Part shown: positions 1 to 13,076 of the stretch, piece after piece
Layout of the letters: each line of letters opens with the position of its first letter
How positions within the stretch are numbered: the stretch's first letter is position 1
Assembly (NCBI GenBank): GCA_030141605.1
Contig: JAQGDQ010000916.1
Coordinates: 29,553-80,700 of the forward strand
Reading direction: 5' to 3'
DNA from: Tubiluchus corallicola
Lineage: Eukaryota > Animalia > Priapulida
Length of the DNA: 51,148 nucleotides
The notes under the pieces: generated by a model
The model's database searches: none
What the model saw: only the letters and a program-made list of their open reading frames with translations
Told to the model about the DNA's origin: nothing
Program-made: the position numbers and the translations under genes

Positions 1-263
<263 letters not shown>

Positions 264-602
264 CTCTGTAATGTAAGTATCAGATGCAATGTTCACTTGT
301 TTCTCCCTCTGTAATGTAAGTATCAAATGCAATGTTCACTTGTTTCTCCCTTTGTAATGTAAGTATCAGATGCAATGTTCACTTGTTTCTTCCTCTGTAA
401 TGTAAGTATCAAATGCAATGTTCACTTGTTTCTCCCTCTGTAATGTAAGTATCAGCTGCAATTTTCACTTGTTTCTCCCTCTGTAATGTAAGTATCAGAT
501 GCAATGTTCACTTGTTTCTCCCTCTGTAATGTAAGTATCAGATGCAATGTTCACTTGTTTCTCCTCTGTAATGTAAGTATCAGATGCAATGTTCACTTGT
601 TT
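264..602. repeat. 43-bp minisatellite, ~8 copies
   Basis: Unit ctctgtaatgtaagtatcagatgcaatgttcacttgtttctcc, period 43 (264, 307, ...). Confidence 0.95.
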
Positions 603-691
603 TTCTTAATTTCATGATTACTTATGAATGATGGACTGTATTAATTTTGAAATCAAAATTGTCTAAAAAGAAGGAAGGGTGAAAAAGTCAG

Positions 692-843
692 ATCACCGAG
701 CTGGATTCGAACCATGGACTTTTCTGTTGCAAAAGCACTTAATCATAGGATTGAATAAGCAGCCGTACTAGCTGGGATTGACTAGTCTATTTGTGATGGC
801 ACTCGTAATTGAAAGGTTCCCGGTTCAAATCCAGGTTCAGCAA
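692..843. mobile_element. Two back-to-back degenerate tRNA-like/SINE heads
   Basis: B-box GGTTCGAATCC on - strand (~703-713) and GGTTCAAATCC on + strand (~822-832); no complete cloverleaf. Confidence 0.4.
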
Positions 844-1043
844 AACTTTTTTCTTTCATTTGAACAAGTGTAGTTAAAAAATTCGACAAATCTAAGATTC
901 ACTAGATCATTAATTTGTTAGCTAACCTTTTTAATTAAACAAATACATGGTGTAGAACTGTTAGCAAACTGTACAATGTGTTTAACTTGTGAGCCAAGCT
1001 TCATTAATCTCTCTCCTGCAACAAACAACATGATTTCTTAGAA

Positions 1044-2138
<1,095 letters not shown>

Positions 2139-2265
2139 TCCTAGAGAAAGCAATGTTACGTTTTGCAAGAACAAATTAACGTCATTAAATCAAAGACTTG
2201 CTGTATTTCATTGTCTCTCACATGTTTAACTAATTGATTTCATTTACTAATCATTTGTCATCCAG

Positions 2266-2391
2266 TGTGGTCCGTGCATGCAGTGTCAGTGTCAGCCGCC
2301 AGAGTGTGACGGTCTCAGTTGCTGTTGCTTTGAACTCAACGTAAAAGGGGCGGCTCGCGCCCAACCCCCGGGTGCCAGAGGAGGTTCATAG
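2266..2391 (+). CDS. Terminal coding exon A of a Cys-rich protein (CGPCMQCQCQPPECDGLSCCCFELNVKGAARAQPPGARGGS*)
   Basis: Branch-like tactaat plus acceptor catccag at 2265; GC-rich open frame to TAG at 2389-2391; paralogous to the exon at 4398. Confidence 0.7.
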   Translation, partial: CGPCMQCQCQPPECDGLSCCCFELNVKGAARAQPPGARGGS

Positions 2392-2930
2392 ACGACAGCG
2401 TAGGTGGTCGTGCACCGTGTGCTGTGACAAACTGCAGTTTAATGAAATGAAGCGTTGTGCGTTTCCTGTGCTTGCACTGTTACCTGCTAAAGTTCCCGAT
2501 ATTTTAATAGAGTCAATCAGTAACTGTCCTCCTTGCGATTTCTTCAATGGCGGCTCGTAGCTAAATTTACTGGGGTTGCTGTTACAGAAAATTTTTAGCT
2601 ATTGTTCTTATACTGTGTAAAACGAAACAAATATATGTAATTTTGATGTTGTAATTTTAAACAAACAAACGTTTAAACATAAACTTGATAAAATCATAAA
2701 CAAACAATGTTGTTCTCTGCTTACTAGTAGCCTAAATTGTCGCAGTTCAAGCTTGATCCGTTCACGGTAAGCACGTGAGAATTGACAACAAACTGTGTGA
2801 GCGACAGTACTTTCTCTACCTGGGCTCGGACATGTGCGCATGGCCGCATGCACACAAGAGCCAAACACCGCATTGCTGGAGCTGTGAAGCAAACAGTACT
2901 ACCTTCACATGCTCTGGTTCTGTACAAGTA

Positions 2931-3286
2931 CAGTCGACCCTCGTTAAACCGGACTAATGGGGAGGGGGGGTCCGGTTTAGCCGATTGTCCAGTTTATCCG
3001 ATATGCCTATATATGGTCTATATTATACAGGAATAATCACCTTAATAAGGCCTATATACATTGCACTATATACTATACTGTATATTACTTTAAAATAGTT
3101 AACCTGTGAGGATAAAGAAATTATTGTACAGTTTAAATAAAAAAATGGCCCGTCAATGGCTTGTGGTCAGTGTTGTGTTTAGCGCTCCGGCTCGATCGGA
3201 AATCGGTCAGGTTCCTTTACCACGGATGACGTCCGTCGTATCCGATATCCGGGCTAACGGGGTCCGGATTAACGAGGGTCGACTGT
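2931..3286. mobile_element. Tc1/mariner-type MITE, family A copy 1
   Basis: TIRs cagtcgaccctcgttaa / ttaacgagggtcgactg flanked by TA; inverted copy at 22892-23226. Confidence 0.9.
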
Positions 3287-3417
3287 ATAAAGAAAGAACT
3301 AGAAGAAAAATGACTTATTATATTGAATTTTATCGATAATATCGAGTGAAAATAGGGGGTGCTGCAGTTCCACAGTACTTATACACGAGCTGCCAGTGCA
3401 TGTACATCTGTGTAAAT

Positions 3418-3899
3418 CAGGGGTGTGCAAACTGCGGCCCGCAGAGAGAATTTGTGCGGCCCGTGAAGAGATTTGTCAACCTAATGAAAGTGCGGCCCGG
3501 TTGATTAATTGAGTATATCCAGCTGAAGTGCGTGCCACGATCCGAAAGATAGTGCGGGCAGTTTTTTCCACTAGATCCGATGCCATTAACCCTTACAAGA
3601 CGGTTGTAGCTTAATGTCACTGTACTACACAGACTGTGTGATACACATTACTAATATGCATTGTAATGAAATTACCACTATCTGTCCTGAAAGTAGAAAT
3701 ATATGGTTTGCAATATAAATTTTAATAACTTCTAAAATAGTTTCTTGAGTGTAGTAGTAATGATGTACGCAGGTCGAATGCAAAAAAATCGTTATTAGGC
3801 CTTTCTGTACTTGACTCCTTGATCAAACTGCCTGTGGCCCGCAGGAATTGCGGGAATGTTTAATGTGGCCTGGCTAGTCAGATAATTTGCACACCCCTG
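3418..3899. mobile_element. hAT MITE, family B copy 1
   Basis: TIRs caggggtgtgcaaa / tttgcacacccctg; near-perfect 8-bp TSD gtgtaaat/atgtaaat; copies at 6677 and 12626. Confidence 0.92.
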
Positions 3900-4239
3900 A
3901 TGTAAATATAGACACTTGTTTTGGTAGAAATACGGGAGTTAAACAAGGTTGGCATTGTAAAGGAACTCATTTTAACAAGGTTTGATTGAATGTTTGATTG
4001 AATGTCTACCAATCATGCAAACTGCGGAGTCCCTGATTTACTTATTAAGAAATGCTTTCTTTGCACAGAGCTGTATGTTGAAGTGCCAGATGGCTTGTTG
4101 TTAGCAAAATGCACTGTTTGAGCGTGCGCCGCACATTATGATTTCCACTTTGTGTGTGCAGTGGTGTGAACGATGCACTATTTCACATAGGGAAAAAATA
4201 CACTGTTTTACTTAACACCGGTAGTCTGTAGTGAACGAA

Positions 4240-4390
4240 TTTACAGAGCTGTTCACTTGTTTTACAGAGCTGCTCACTTGTTTTACAGAGCTGTTCACTT
4301 GTTTTACAGAGCTGTTCACTTGTTTTACAGAGCTGTTCACTTGTTTTACACAGCTGTTCACTTGTTTTACAGAGTCGTTCACTTGTTTAT
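4240..4390. repeat. 21-bp tandem repeat (~7 copies) containing TTTTACAG, abutting the acceptor at 4397
   Basis: Unit tttacagagctgttcacttgt. Confidence 0.93.
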
Positions 4391-4397
4391 TTTTCAG

Positions 4398-4481
4398 ATG
4401 GGATCACTGCAGTGCAACTGTCAGCCGCCCGAATGTAAAACCATCCATTGCTGCTGTTGCACGATAGAATGCGACAGGTGA
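4398..4481 (+). CDS. Terminal coding exon B of a Cys-rich protein (MGSLQCNCQPPECKTIHCCCCTIECDR*)
   Basis: Acceptor ttatttttcag at 4397; open to TGA; shares QCxCQPPEC...CCC with exon A. Confidence 0.68.
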   Translation: MGSLQCNCQPPECKTIHCCCCTIECDR

Positions 4482-4682
4482 CGATGGTACGTTACCGTCG
4501 CCGTTACGATGGCAACTGTAGTAGTAGAATAACTGTTCGTTTAAATACGATTACTGTAAAAATTTAAAATTTTCGTTTTTTATCATTCATCGTTATAATA
4601 TTCAATGCCATGCTGTATTCAATTGAGAGTAATAATATTTTTGTTATTTGGTACATTTCCGTCCATGTACAGATCTTGTTGA

Positions 4683-5034
4683 CAGGGCCTATTTCAGCCT
4701 AGGCGAGGCCCGGGGAAGTGGGGCGTGTGAGGCCACCCTCGAGGTTCAGAAAATTTTTGAACTGCTAGAACGCCGGAGAAGCATTTTCGAAGAGAAAATA
4801 TGGAGTTATACAGTTGTTAAAGGAAAGACCAATTGAAAGAAAAACTGCTTTATTCTCTAGACCAGTCCTTAGTACTTGTCAATACTGGCAAACGGCGCGC
4901 GTGCGGCAAGAGAGAGAGAGAGAGGAGGCAGTATGTTCGCATAAAGCAAAAAAATGTTACCTTGGCGCGTAGCCCCCCTGGAGGGTGAGGCCCCGGGGAA
5001 GTATCCCCACTTCCCCCCCTTGAAATAGGCCCTG
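4683..5034. mobile_element. hAT-like MITE, family C
   Basis: TIRs cagggcctatttca / tgaaataggccctg; TSD cttgttga/gttgttga. Confidence 0.88.
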
Positions 5035-5139
5035 GTTGTTGAATATCATGTACATCTTAAACAAAGTATTTTGTACCATTTGCGGGTTTTTTGTAATGTA
5101 ACATAAACGATGCAAATTTTTGCAAGTATTTCTCCGTTC

Positions 5140-5931
5140 TTACACAGTTATGTACAAGTTAGTTCAAGTGTGTTTTTTGATATAGGAAAGATTGTCTTAG
5201 GTTGTAACTAGGAATTGCGTCTCTTGCTGAGCTAGAGTAGAAAAAGCTTAGCCTTAGTGACCCACCATATTGAACTTACATGGTTAGGTAACAAGTTAGT
5301 TCAAGTGTTTTTTGATGTAAGAAAGATTGTTTTAGGTTGTAACTAGGAATTGCGTCTGTTGCTGAGCTAGAGTAGAAAAAGCTTAGCCTTAGTGACCCAC
5401 CATATTGAACTTACACAGTTATGTACAAGTTAGTTCAAGTGTTTTTTGATGTAAGAAAGATTGTTTTAGGTTGTAACTAGGAATTGCGTCTTTGCTGAGC
5501 TAAGTAGAAAAGCTTATTAGTGACCATATTGAACTTACACAGTTATGTACAAGTTAGTTCAAGTGTGTTTTTTGATATAAGAAAGATTATTTTAGGTTGT
5601 AACTAGGAATTGCGTCTCTTGCTGAGCTAGAGTAGAAAAAGCTTAGCCTTAGTGACCCACCATATTGAACTTACACGGTTATGTACAAGTTAGTTCAAGT
5701 GTGTTTTTTGATGTAAGAAAGATTGTTTTAGGTTGTAACTAGGAATTGCGTCTGTTGCTGAGCTAGAGTAGAAAAAGCTTAGCCTTAGTGACCCACCATA
5801 TTGAACTTACACAGTTATGTACAAGTTAGTTCAAGTGTTTTTTGATGTAAGAAAGATTGTTTTAGGTTGTAACTAGGAATTGCGTCTGTTGCTGAGCTAG
5901 AGTAGAAAAAGCTTAGCCTTAGTGACCCACC
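5140..5931. repeat. ~135-bp tandem repeat, ~6 copies
   Basis: Unit ttacacagttatgtacaagttagttcaagtg...gtgacccaccatattgaac recurs at 5140, 5276, 5411... Confidence 0.93.
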
Positions 5932-6676
5932 GTATATTTTATCAGTTTACATAATTGTAAATAGTGAAGTGCGCTTGAGCTTGAACCGCGGCAACAGTGC
6001 ACCGTGTTTTGTGGAATTCAGCAACAAAATGGCAGCTCCCTAATAGTTCTGTCACCACTAACATTTTTGTTTGTTTGTTTGTGGAATGTAGCATAGTTTC
6101 ATATCAATCAAGATATGTAGTTTGCAAGTTAAATTGTTAACTATATAATGTTATATCATATATCTTTTGGCTATTAACTACTGAATTGTATTTCGATGTT
6201 GTTTCTAAATTTTTGTAAATCTCGTTGTTTTAGATGCCTCGACAATGAACGGTTTGTTCGAAAGCGATTGGTAATAAATTCCATTTTGACGTGATTGTAA
6301 ATAATTGTACCTAAAACCTGAACGCAAAACGCCACTCTTATACAAATACCACAATTTAAGTTTTTTTTTATTTTCAATATTTTGTAGTGAAGTCAGTCTC
6401 TTTTATCCCATTATAAGTCTTTTGGATATTGTAAGTACGATGTCTTGCCGCATTTCACACAACTTCTCCTTGTACACTCAAACATTTTTCTAAACTTATC
6501 ATGTTATTTATTATTAGTATAACAAAAAGTCATTAGATATTCTGTAAGTTAATAATAAAAGAGTCAAAATAAGTATTATTATAAATGATTGTAAATATGC
6601 GTGTAAATGAAAATAAACTTTGGTATCACAATTATTAATACAGTTACGTAAAGTTTTAGTATATATGTATATATAT

Positions 6677-7214
6677 CAGGGGTGTGCAAACTGCGGCCCT
6701 CACGACTCATAGCACTGCAATGCATTGTTAATTCGTAATTGTGTAACTTGTGTTCTGTTGTATTGTGCTAAATAAATAAATAAATAAGTCAAAATCTAAG
6801 TCTGACAGTCTAGAAAAATTTCTGACTTTTTTCTAACTCTATGCAAAAAGAAGAATCGTTGTTATGCTGTTGGTATATGTCATGGTAAACGAAGGTGTCA
6901 TAAAGCGTAAGCGAGTCAAGACAGATTAATGTCACTGTACTACACAGACTGCGTGATACACATTACTAATATGCATTGTAATGAAATTACCACTATCTGT
7001 CCTGAAAGTAGAAATATATGGGTGGTAATATAAATTTTAATAACTTCTAAAATAGTTTCTTGAGTGCAGTAGTAATGATGTACGCAGGTCGGATGCAAAA
7101 AAATCATTATTAGGCCTTTCTGTACTTGGCTCCTTGATCAAACTGCCTGTGGCCCGCAGGAATTGCAGGAAAGTTTCATGTGGCCCAGCTAGTCAGATAA
7201 TTTGCACACCCCTG
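6677..7214. mobile_element. hAT MITE, family B copy 2 (part of interior replaced)
   Basis: Same TIRs as copy 1; TSD atatatat; ~6700-6925 does not match the other copies. Confidence 0.88.
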
Positions 7215-8290
7215 ATATATATATATAACCAAAACCGTCCACAAGTCGGCACAGTTAAAAAACTACGTTTTCAAGTAGAATGCACCAAAAATTTAATCAA
7301 ATGCCAATTTGTTTTGTTTTATAAAAACAAATGCTAGATATATTGGACTTTTATATTCTAACATCAAATTATCAAGAAAATGTTCAAAAAAATACTAAAA
7401 ATTCAATTTTGTAAAGTCCGTAGCAACCAATGTTTGTGCAGTTGCTAAGTGTTTTGTAGAAATACGGATAAAAAACGATGGCTGACTTTAACAGTGATTT
7501 TCTCAAGATTATGTTTTTCAGTGTGCAGCCTGCACCTCAACTTCAACGTGGATTATCTCAGCTTAGAAATAACATAGAGAGATGAACTTGGTATCAAAAT
7601 GATCCTCATGAAATAGAGATTCAGGATATGTGAATAACTAGAAAAGCTTAATTGCCGACTTATGGACAATTTTGCCATGCATGCAAGCATACATATTAAC
7701 ACATGAAGCTTTAACTAACAATTGCAAAAATATAATTACTAATATAAATAGAAAGTAATCTCTGAAAGTTTTAGCACCATTATGTAGTATTTCAAAATAA
7801 TCTGCTGGTGCATAATGCAGAAGAAAGAGTAATTAATAGTGACTGTTATTCATAAGAATCTTCCACGTTAAGGCAAGCAGTCATCAGCAATTGCAACACC
7901 CCATCGGGTTTTCCTGCTTAACCGGACCCTCCACATGGTGCCGCCGCAGTCCCGATGATAGCTGGCACTGATAACCAGCCAACTAACATTCGGTCGCCAT
8001 GTGGAGCGTCCGGTTAAGCCCAGAAACCTGGTGAAGCATGGTAAGTGCCGACGGTCGCTAGTCTTAACGCAGAAGAGTCTTATGAATAATAGTCCCTGTG
8101 AATTTGCCGCCATTTCACAAGTTTCAGTTAGAAACAGACATTTCGCTGGTTAACCACATGGTGTATGACCCTATGCCTCCCGCAAGATATCACCCGTCGT
8201 CATCACACCTGTGATCTTGGCACCATCTATTGCTAGGAAGTGTAAATCATCACAAGACATTTAGTGGACGCAACATAATCAGTCGGCGTG

Positions 8291-9244
8291 TTATAAATGA
8301 TTTAGAGCATGCTTGGGTGTACTAGCAGCAAATTTCTTGCGATCGCAACAAGATGGCGCCGATGTCGGTTGGTCGCTCACCGAAGGGCTGTTCTCGCCGT
8401 TCCCGTCCGCCACGATGCAACTGGGCGGGGTCGTGTCCTGCCAAAACGTCGTACCTTCGGCGTGGAGCAGATCCAAGTCGATGGACAGGCGCAGTTTCGG
8501 TCGGGAGAGATTATGCGGGCGGCAGGAGCAGAAGCAGGGCGCGGCACCTCCCTGCTTATCTGCCCTTGTTGATTTAGATGATGCTTGTTCAACACCGTCT
8601 TGTGGATTTGGCAAAAAGGACGCCTGGTCACTGTAGCGAGTGTGACGAGCGGTCCTCGGTGAAGGATGGACAACGGCTATGTTGCCGTGGCTAGTCAACG
8701 TTTCGAGCGGGCACTCCTTTGTCCGAGGAGTACTGGAGGCAAACACATCCGAATCCACTGCTTGATCCGGTTCCATATCATTGGCGGACGGCTTTCTGTT
8801 CTGTTCCACATTAAATGGTGGAATGTGCGCTTTGGGTTTCATGTGTTGTTGCTTAGCAACATCGGTCATTATACCGACATGGCGAACTTTTTTCCTCACC
8901 CGTCGATACTTTTTCCGGGCAGGGGCGGGAAACTTGGACGACGCCCGCTGGAGTGCCTCGACTCGCTGGTGGACTAACCCGTGGTTCATGCGGAGATGGT
9001 CACCGCGATCCCGGGTGGCGAGCACGCTGTCGCTGACCACGCCCGATATCTGCGATGGCGGAGGATGCTTGGCTTCGAGTTTCTTAAATTCGGACTTGGA
9101 GCCGCCGGACAATCCGTGCTCCAGGGAGAGGTAGCTGGCGATACGAGATCTGATAATACTGAACGCAGAGCGCGAAGAGTAATCGACGGTTAGCGTGTGA
9201 AGAGACGGAGCGCACGATCTACCACTCACCGACTTCCGACTGTT
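8291..9244 (-). CDS. CUB-domain single-pass receptor-like protein, last exon (low-complexity cytoplasmic tail)
   Basis: Acceptor tatttacag at 9245, phase 0; 317 codons to TAA; GC-rich; in frame with the upstream exon chain. Confidence 0.85.
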   Translation of the reverse strand, partial: NSRKSVSGRSCAPSLHTLTVDYSSRSAFSIIRSRIASYLSLEHGLSGGSKSEFKKLEAKHPPPSQISGVVSDSVLATRDRGDHLRMNHGLVHQRVEALQRASSKFPAPARKKYRRVRKKVRHVGIMTDVAKQQHMKPKAHIPPFNVEQNRKPSANDMEPDQAVDSDVFASSTPRTKECPLETLTSHGNIAVVHPSPRTARHTRYSDQASFLPNPQDGVEQASSKSTRADKQGGAAPCFCSCRPHNLSRPKLRLSIDLDLLHAEGTTFWQDTTPPSCIVADGNGENSPSVSDQPTSAPSCCDRKKFAASTPKHALNHL

Positions 9245-9392
9245 CTGTAAATACAATATGTAATATAAATACTATGCATCAGCGTATGTTACACACACAG
9301 ATTAAAGCGTATGCATACATACATTAAAAAACACATCACGGTTGCAACAAATACCCTAATAGCTAATTAATTAAAACAGGAGGCACTGAGAT

Positions 9393-9459
9393 GTCCAGGA
9401 CTTGAACCTAGAACCTTGTGGTATCAGGTTGCATGCTCCACGAATTGAGCTACTGGCCC
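9393..9459 (-). mobile_element. Degenerate tRNA-derived sequence (SINE head or tRNA pseudogene)
   Basis: GGGCCAGTAGCTCAATTCGTGGAGC (A box, D-stem GCTC/GAGC) and GGTTCAAGTCC (B box); acceptor and anticodon stems do not pair. Confidence 0.55.
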
Positions 9460-9725
9460 AACAGAGTGAGACCGAGTTCTCCATCCTAGCAGCACACAAC
9501 AACCAGCACTCAAAACTACCATATTATATCATATTATAGACTTGAACACATTAAACAGGGGGACTTGGCAAGAATACTGTTGGATCTTGTTTTCAAATTT
9601 GAGAATTTGTTTTTGTTTCTGAAAGATACTGCAAAACCATATATGACTGACACCATTTACATGCATTTTTCAAAACCTCGAGTGCAGCCTTTGAGATTTG
9701 TTTCAAAGAAACCCAACTTCTCATT

Positions 9726-9900
9726 TTTCAAATAATCAACATCACACTGATTTGTCACACTTATTGTTTCAAATAATCAACATCACACTGATTTGTCACA
9801 CTTATTGTTTCAAACAATCAACAACACTAATTGTCTCAAACAGCTATTCCAAACAATCAACATCATTGTTAGTCTCAAACGGCTATCGTTCCAAACAATT
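9726..9900. repeat. Degenerate ~40-bp tandem repeat
   Basis: tttcaaataatcaacatcacactgatttgtcacacttattg twice, then decayed copies. Confidence 0.7.
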
Positions 9901-9942
9901 ATTATCATAATTAACGAATAACAAGTAACCATTGTTACCTAC

Positions 9943-10037
9943 ATTGTTGCGTGACATGAGTTGGCTGTTGTTGTTCCTGTCAAGTGAACTGTCTTCAGGC
10001 TGTGGTCCACAAATGTAGAAACTTTCTGGTATCTCCA
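9943..10037 (-). CDS. CUB receptor-like gene exon (VEIPESFYICGPQPEDSSLDRNNNSQLMSRNN)
   Basis: Acceptor ttcgcag, donor gtaggt; phase 1 in and 0 out matches neighbours. Confidence 0.8.
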
Positions 10038-10258
10038 CTGCGAATGCATAATATAGGTCTACTCACAGTCATTTATAATTAATAATCACAATCATAAATT
10101 ATACTCAACAATCATTTAAGTATAGTCAGTCAGTCTTGTACAGTAGAAGCAAGCCTGCATGCAAGAGGATTAGTGCTGCCAGAGAGTATGAGGTATGTGA
10201 TTTTTTGCTGCTTTAGTGTTACACGTATTACATGTAAACAGCGGGCAGTAACAAACAT

Positions 10259-10654
10259 TAGAGGTGAGCATTCTCTACCAGAAAGCGAATTCCAATCGAA
10301 CCGAATTTGTGACTTTCAAATTCGAATCGAACCGAACTTCAGTGTTTCGAATTCGAATTGAGATTGAAAGATTTTCGAACTAGTTTTCGAACCACCAGTA
10401 AAAATTAGTCTTACAAAAATCATGCATGTCACTAGATTTTGTTCTACAATAAAACGACTAGTAATTGGTATAAAATTGTGTGCAGAAATCACAGCTAAAT
10501 TATGCTAATTGCATGATGTTTCAATCGCTTTAGTGATAAAGAACATATGTGATTGAAGTGCTGAATTATTCGAATCTATAGTTTTGGATTCGAATCGAGT
10601 TCGAACTAAAAAAACTCGTTCGAATCGAATTCGAGCGTTCGATGCTCACCCCTA
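10259..10654. mobile_element. hAT-like MITE, family E copy 1 (TTCGAA-rich)
   Basis: TIRs tagaggtgagcat / atgctcaccccta; perfect 8-bp TSD acaaacat; inverted copy at 37877. Confidence 0.9.
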
Positions 10655-10840
10655 ACAAACATAGGTAATTTAAACTACACAATGCTATCAGAGTGGGAAG
10701 CCAAAGTCTTTTCGGAAATCAATAATTTGACTGGTGGCATTTAAATCTATACCGTTGATTTGGTTAAATCAACAGTTGGCCTAGTTGTGATACTGTACCT
10801 ACATGCATTACGTTATGAAGTGTAATGAGTTGTAAAAACA

Positions 10841-11793
10841 ATCGACTAAGCTATGGGCACCATTAGCAACAGGTGAAGAGTGTCTAGACAGGACGGACCT
10901 CAGCAGAAATCGACTAAGCTATGGGCACCGTTAGCAACAGGTGAAGAGTGTCTAGACAGGACGGACCACAGCAGAAATCGACTAAGCTATGGGCACCGTT
11001 AGCAACAGGTGAGGAGTGTCTAGACAGGACGGACCTCAGCAGAAATCGACTAAGCTATGGGCACCGTTAGCAACAGGTGAGGAGTGTCTAGACAGGACGG
11101 ACCTCAGCAGAAATCGACTAAGCTATGGGCACCGTTAGCAACAGGTGAGAGTGTCTAGACAGGACGGGCCACAGCAGAAATCGACTAGGCTATGGGCACC
11201 GTTAGCAACAGGTGAAGAGTGTCTAGACAGGACGGACTTCAGCAGAAATCGACTAAGCTATGGGCACCGTTAGCAACAGGTGAGGAGTGTCTAGACAGGA
11301 CGGACCTCAGCAGAAATCGACTAAGCTATGGGCACCGTTAGCAACAGGTGAGGAGTGTCTAGACAGGACGGACCTCAGCAGAAATCGACTAAGCTATGGG
11401 CACCGTTAGCAACAGGTGAGAGTGTCTAGACAGGACGGGCCACAGCAGAAATCGACTAGGCTATGGGCACCGTTAGCAATAGGTGAAGAGTGTCTAGACA
11501 GGACGGACCACAGCAGAAATCGACTAAGCTATGGGCACCGTTAGCAACAGGTGAAGAGTGTTTAGACAGGACGGACCACAGCAGAAATCGACTAGGCTAT
11601 GGGCACCATTAGCAACAGGTGAGAGTGTCTAGACAGGACGGGCCACAGCAGAAATCGACTAGGCTATGGGCACCGTTAGCAACAGGTGAAGAGTGTCTAG
11701 ACAGGACGGACCACAGCAGAAATCGACTAAGCTATGGGCACCGTTAGCAACAGGTGAGGAGTGTCTAGACAGGACGGGCCACAGCAGAAATCG
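10841..11793. repeat. 68-bp GC-richer minisatellite, ~14 copies
   Basis: Unit atcgactaagctatgggcaccgttagcaacaggtgaagagtgtctagacaggacggacctcagcagaa; period 68 (10841, 10909). Confidence 0.96.
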
Positions 11794-12013
11794 TATTACA
11801 AGTGTTTTTTTATAATGAACTCACATTGACGGGACTTTGAGAAATCATCGTGCAAAACGTGATTTTGTGATCAGCAGAAGTTATTACAGAGGCTTTATCA
11901 TAACCTTGGCAGGTTCATAATAAAATCATCGTACTACTCACAGTTTCATTACAAGCCGAATTGTATCACTGGAATTTGACCGTAGTTATCCGTACTAGTT
12001 ATTACATTTATAC

Positions 12014-12122
12014 CTCTCGGTGGCGCAAACATCTTGTTTTGGGACTCAATCTCTTCGTAGATGGCTTCGTAAATGTGTCCGGTATTTGACATCTCCAAAG
12101 ACATGTCCTCGCTCGTACAGCG
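12014..12122 (-). CDS. CUB receptor-like gene exon (RCTSEDMSLEMSNTGHIYEAIYEEIESQNKMFAPPR)
   Basis: Acceptor ttttgtttag, donor gtataa; phase 0 in and 1 out. Confidence 0.82.
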
Positions 12123-12625
12123 CTAAACAAAAATCAAAGAATTTACCTTCTGCTCTTGTTAATAACATAAAATCCTGTTTACCAAAAACAAAGCAACAAA
12201 ATTGGCTACGCGACTCATTTTCAAAAAAGAAAAATTCTTTACATAGTTGCATTTGAAGCATAAGAAAATCCTTTACTTACGAAAATTGAAAAAAATTTTG
12301 TCTTAAAATTTTGTCCCGCCTATGCACTGTCATACAGAGCTTGTATTAGCAGCAACGCTGTATAAAATTTCAAAATTTAAACCGCCGCGATGACCGTTAC
12401 ACGCAGCCAGTTTGCCGGTAAGTCATTTGAAACAAGTTTAGATAACATTGTGTAAAATTGTGAAAAAAAAATCAGAGCATCCGTAGCTAACTCTTCACTA
12501 ACTAAGCAAAAATATAAATTGCTTTATCTTGTCAATAAGATTAAAAATGCATTTTTTTTGGTGAGCCAGTGATGCATACTGGGACGGTGAGTAACGTGTT
12601 ACTAGCTGGCACGAATATGTTAAAT

Positions 12626-13076
12626 CAGGGGTGTGCAAAGTGCGGCCCGCAAAGAGGTTTGTCAACGTAATGAAAGTGCGGCCCATGTGATCCAGCTGAA
12701 GTCTGCGCCAATGTCGCAAAGATAGTGCGGGTAGTTTTTTCTACTAGATCGGATGCCATTAACCCTTACAAGACGGTTGTAGCTTAATGTCACTGTACTA
12801 CACAGACTGTGTGATACACATTACTAATATGCATTGTAATGAAATTACCACTATCTGTCCTGAAAGTAGAAATATATGGTTTGTAATATAAATTTTAATA
12901 ACTTCTAAAATAGTTTCTTGAGTGTATGATGTATGCAGGTCGGATGCAAAAAAATTTTTAAAAAATTGTTATTAGGCCCTACTGTACTTGGCTCCTTGAT
13001 CAAACTGCCTGTGGCCCGCAGGAATTGCGGGAAACTTTAATGTGGCCTGGCTAGTCAGATAATTTGCACACCCCTG
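12626..13076. mobile_element. hAT MITE, family B copy 3
   Basis: Same TIRs; perfect 8-bp TSD tgttaaat. Confidence 0.93.

Noticed and set aside
8309-9193. Several + strand ORFs
   Set aside because: Antisense shadows of the GC-rich - strand terminal exon
9393-9459. Functional tRNA gene
   Set aside because: Acceptor and anticodon stems do not pair; only the A/B boxes and D/T arms persist
10841-11793. CRISPR-like appearance of regular arrays (also 13358-14335 and 48442-51148)
   Set aside because: Head-to-tail units with no unique spacers, no cas genes, eukaryotic intron context
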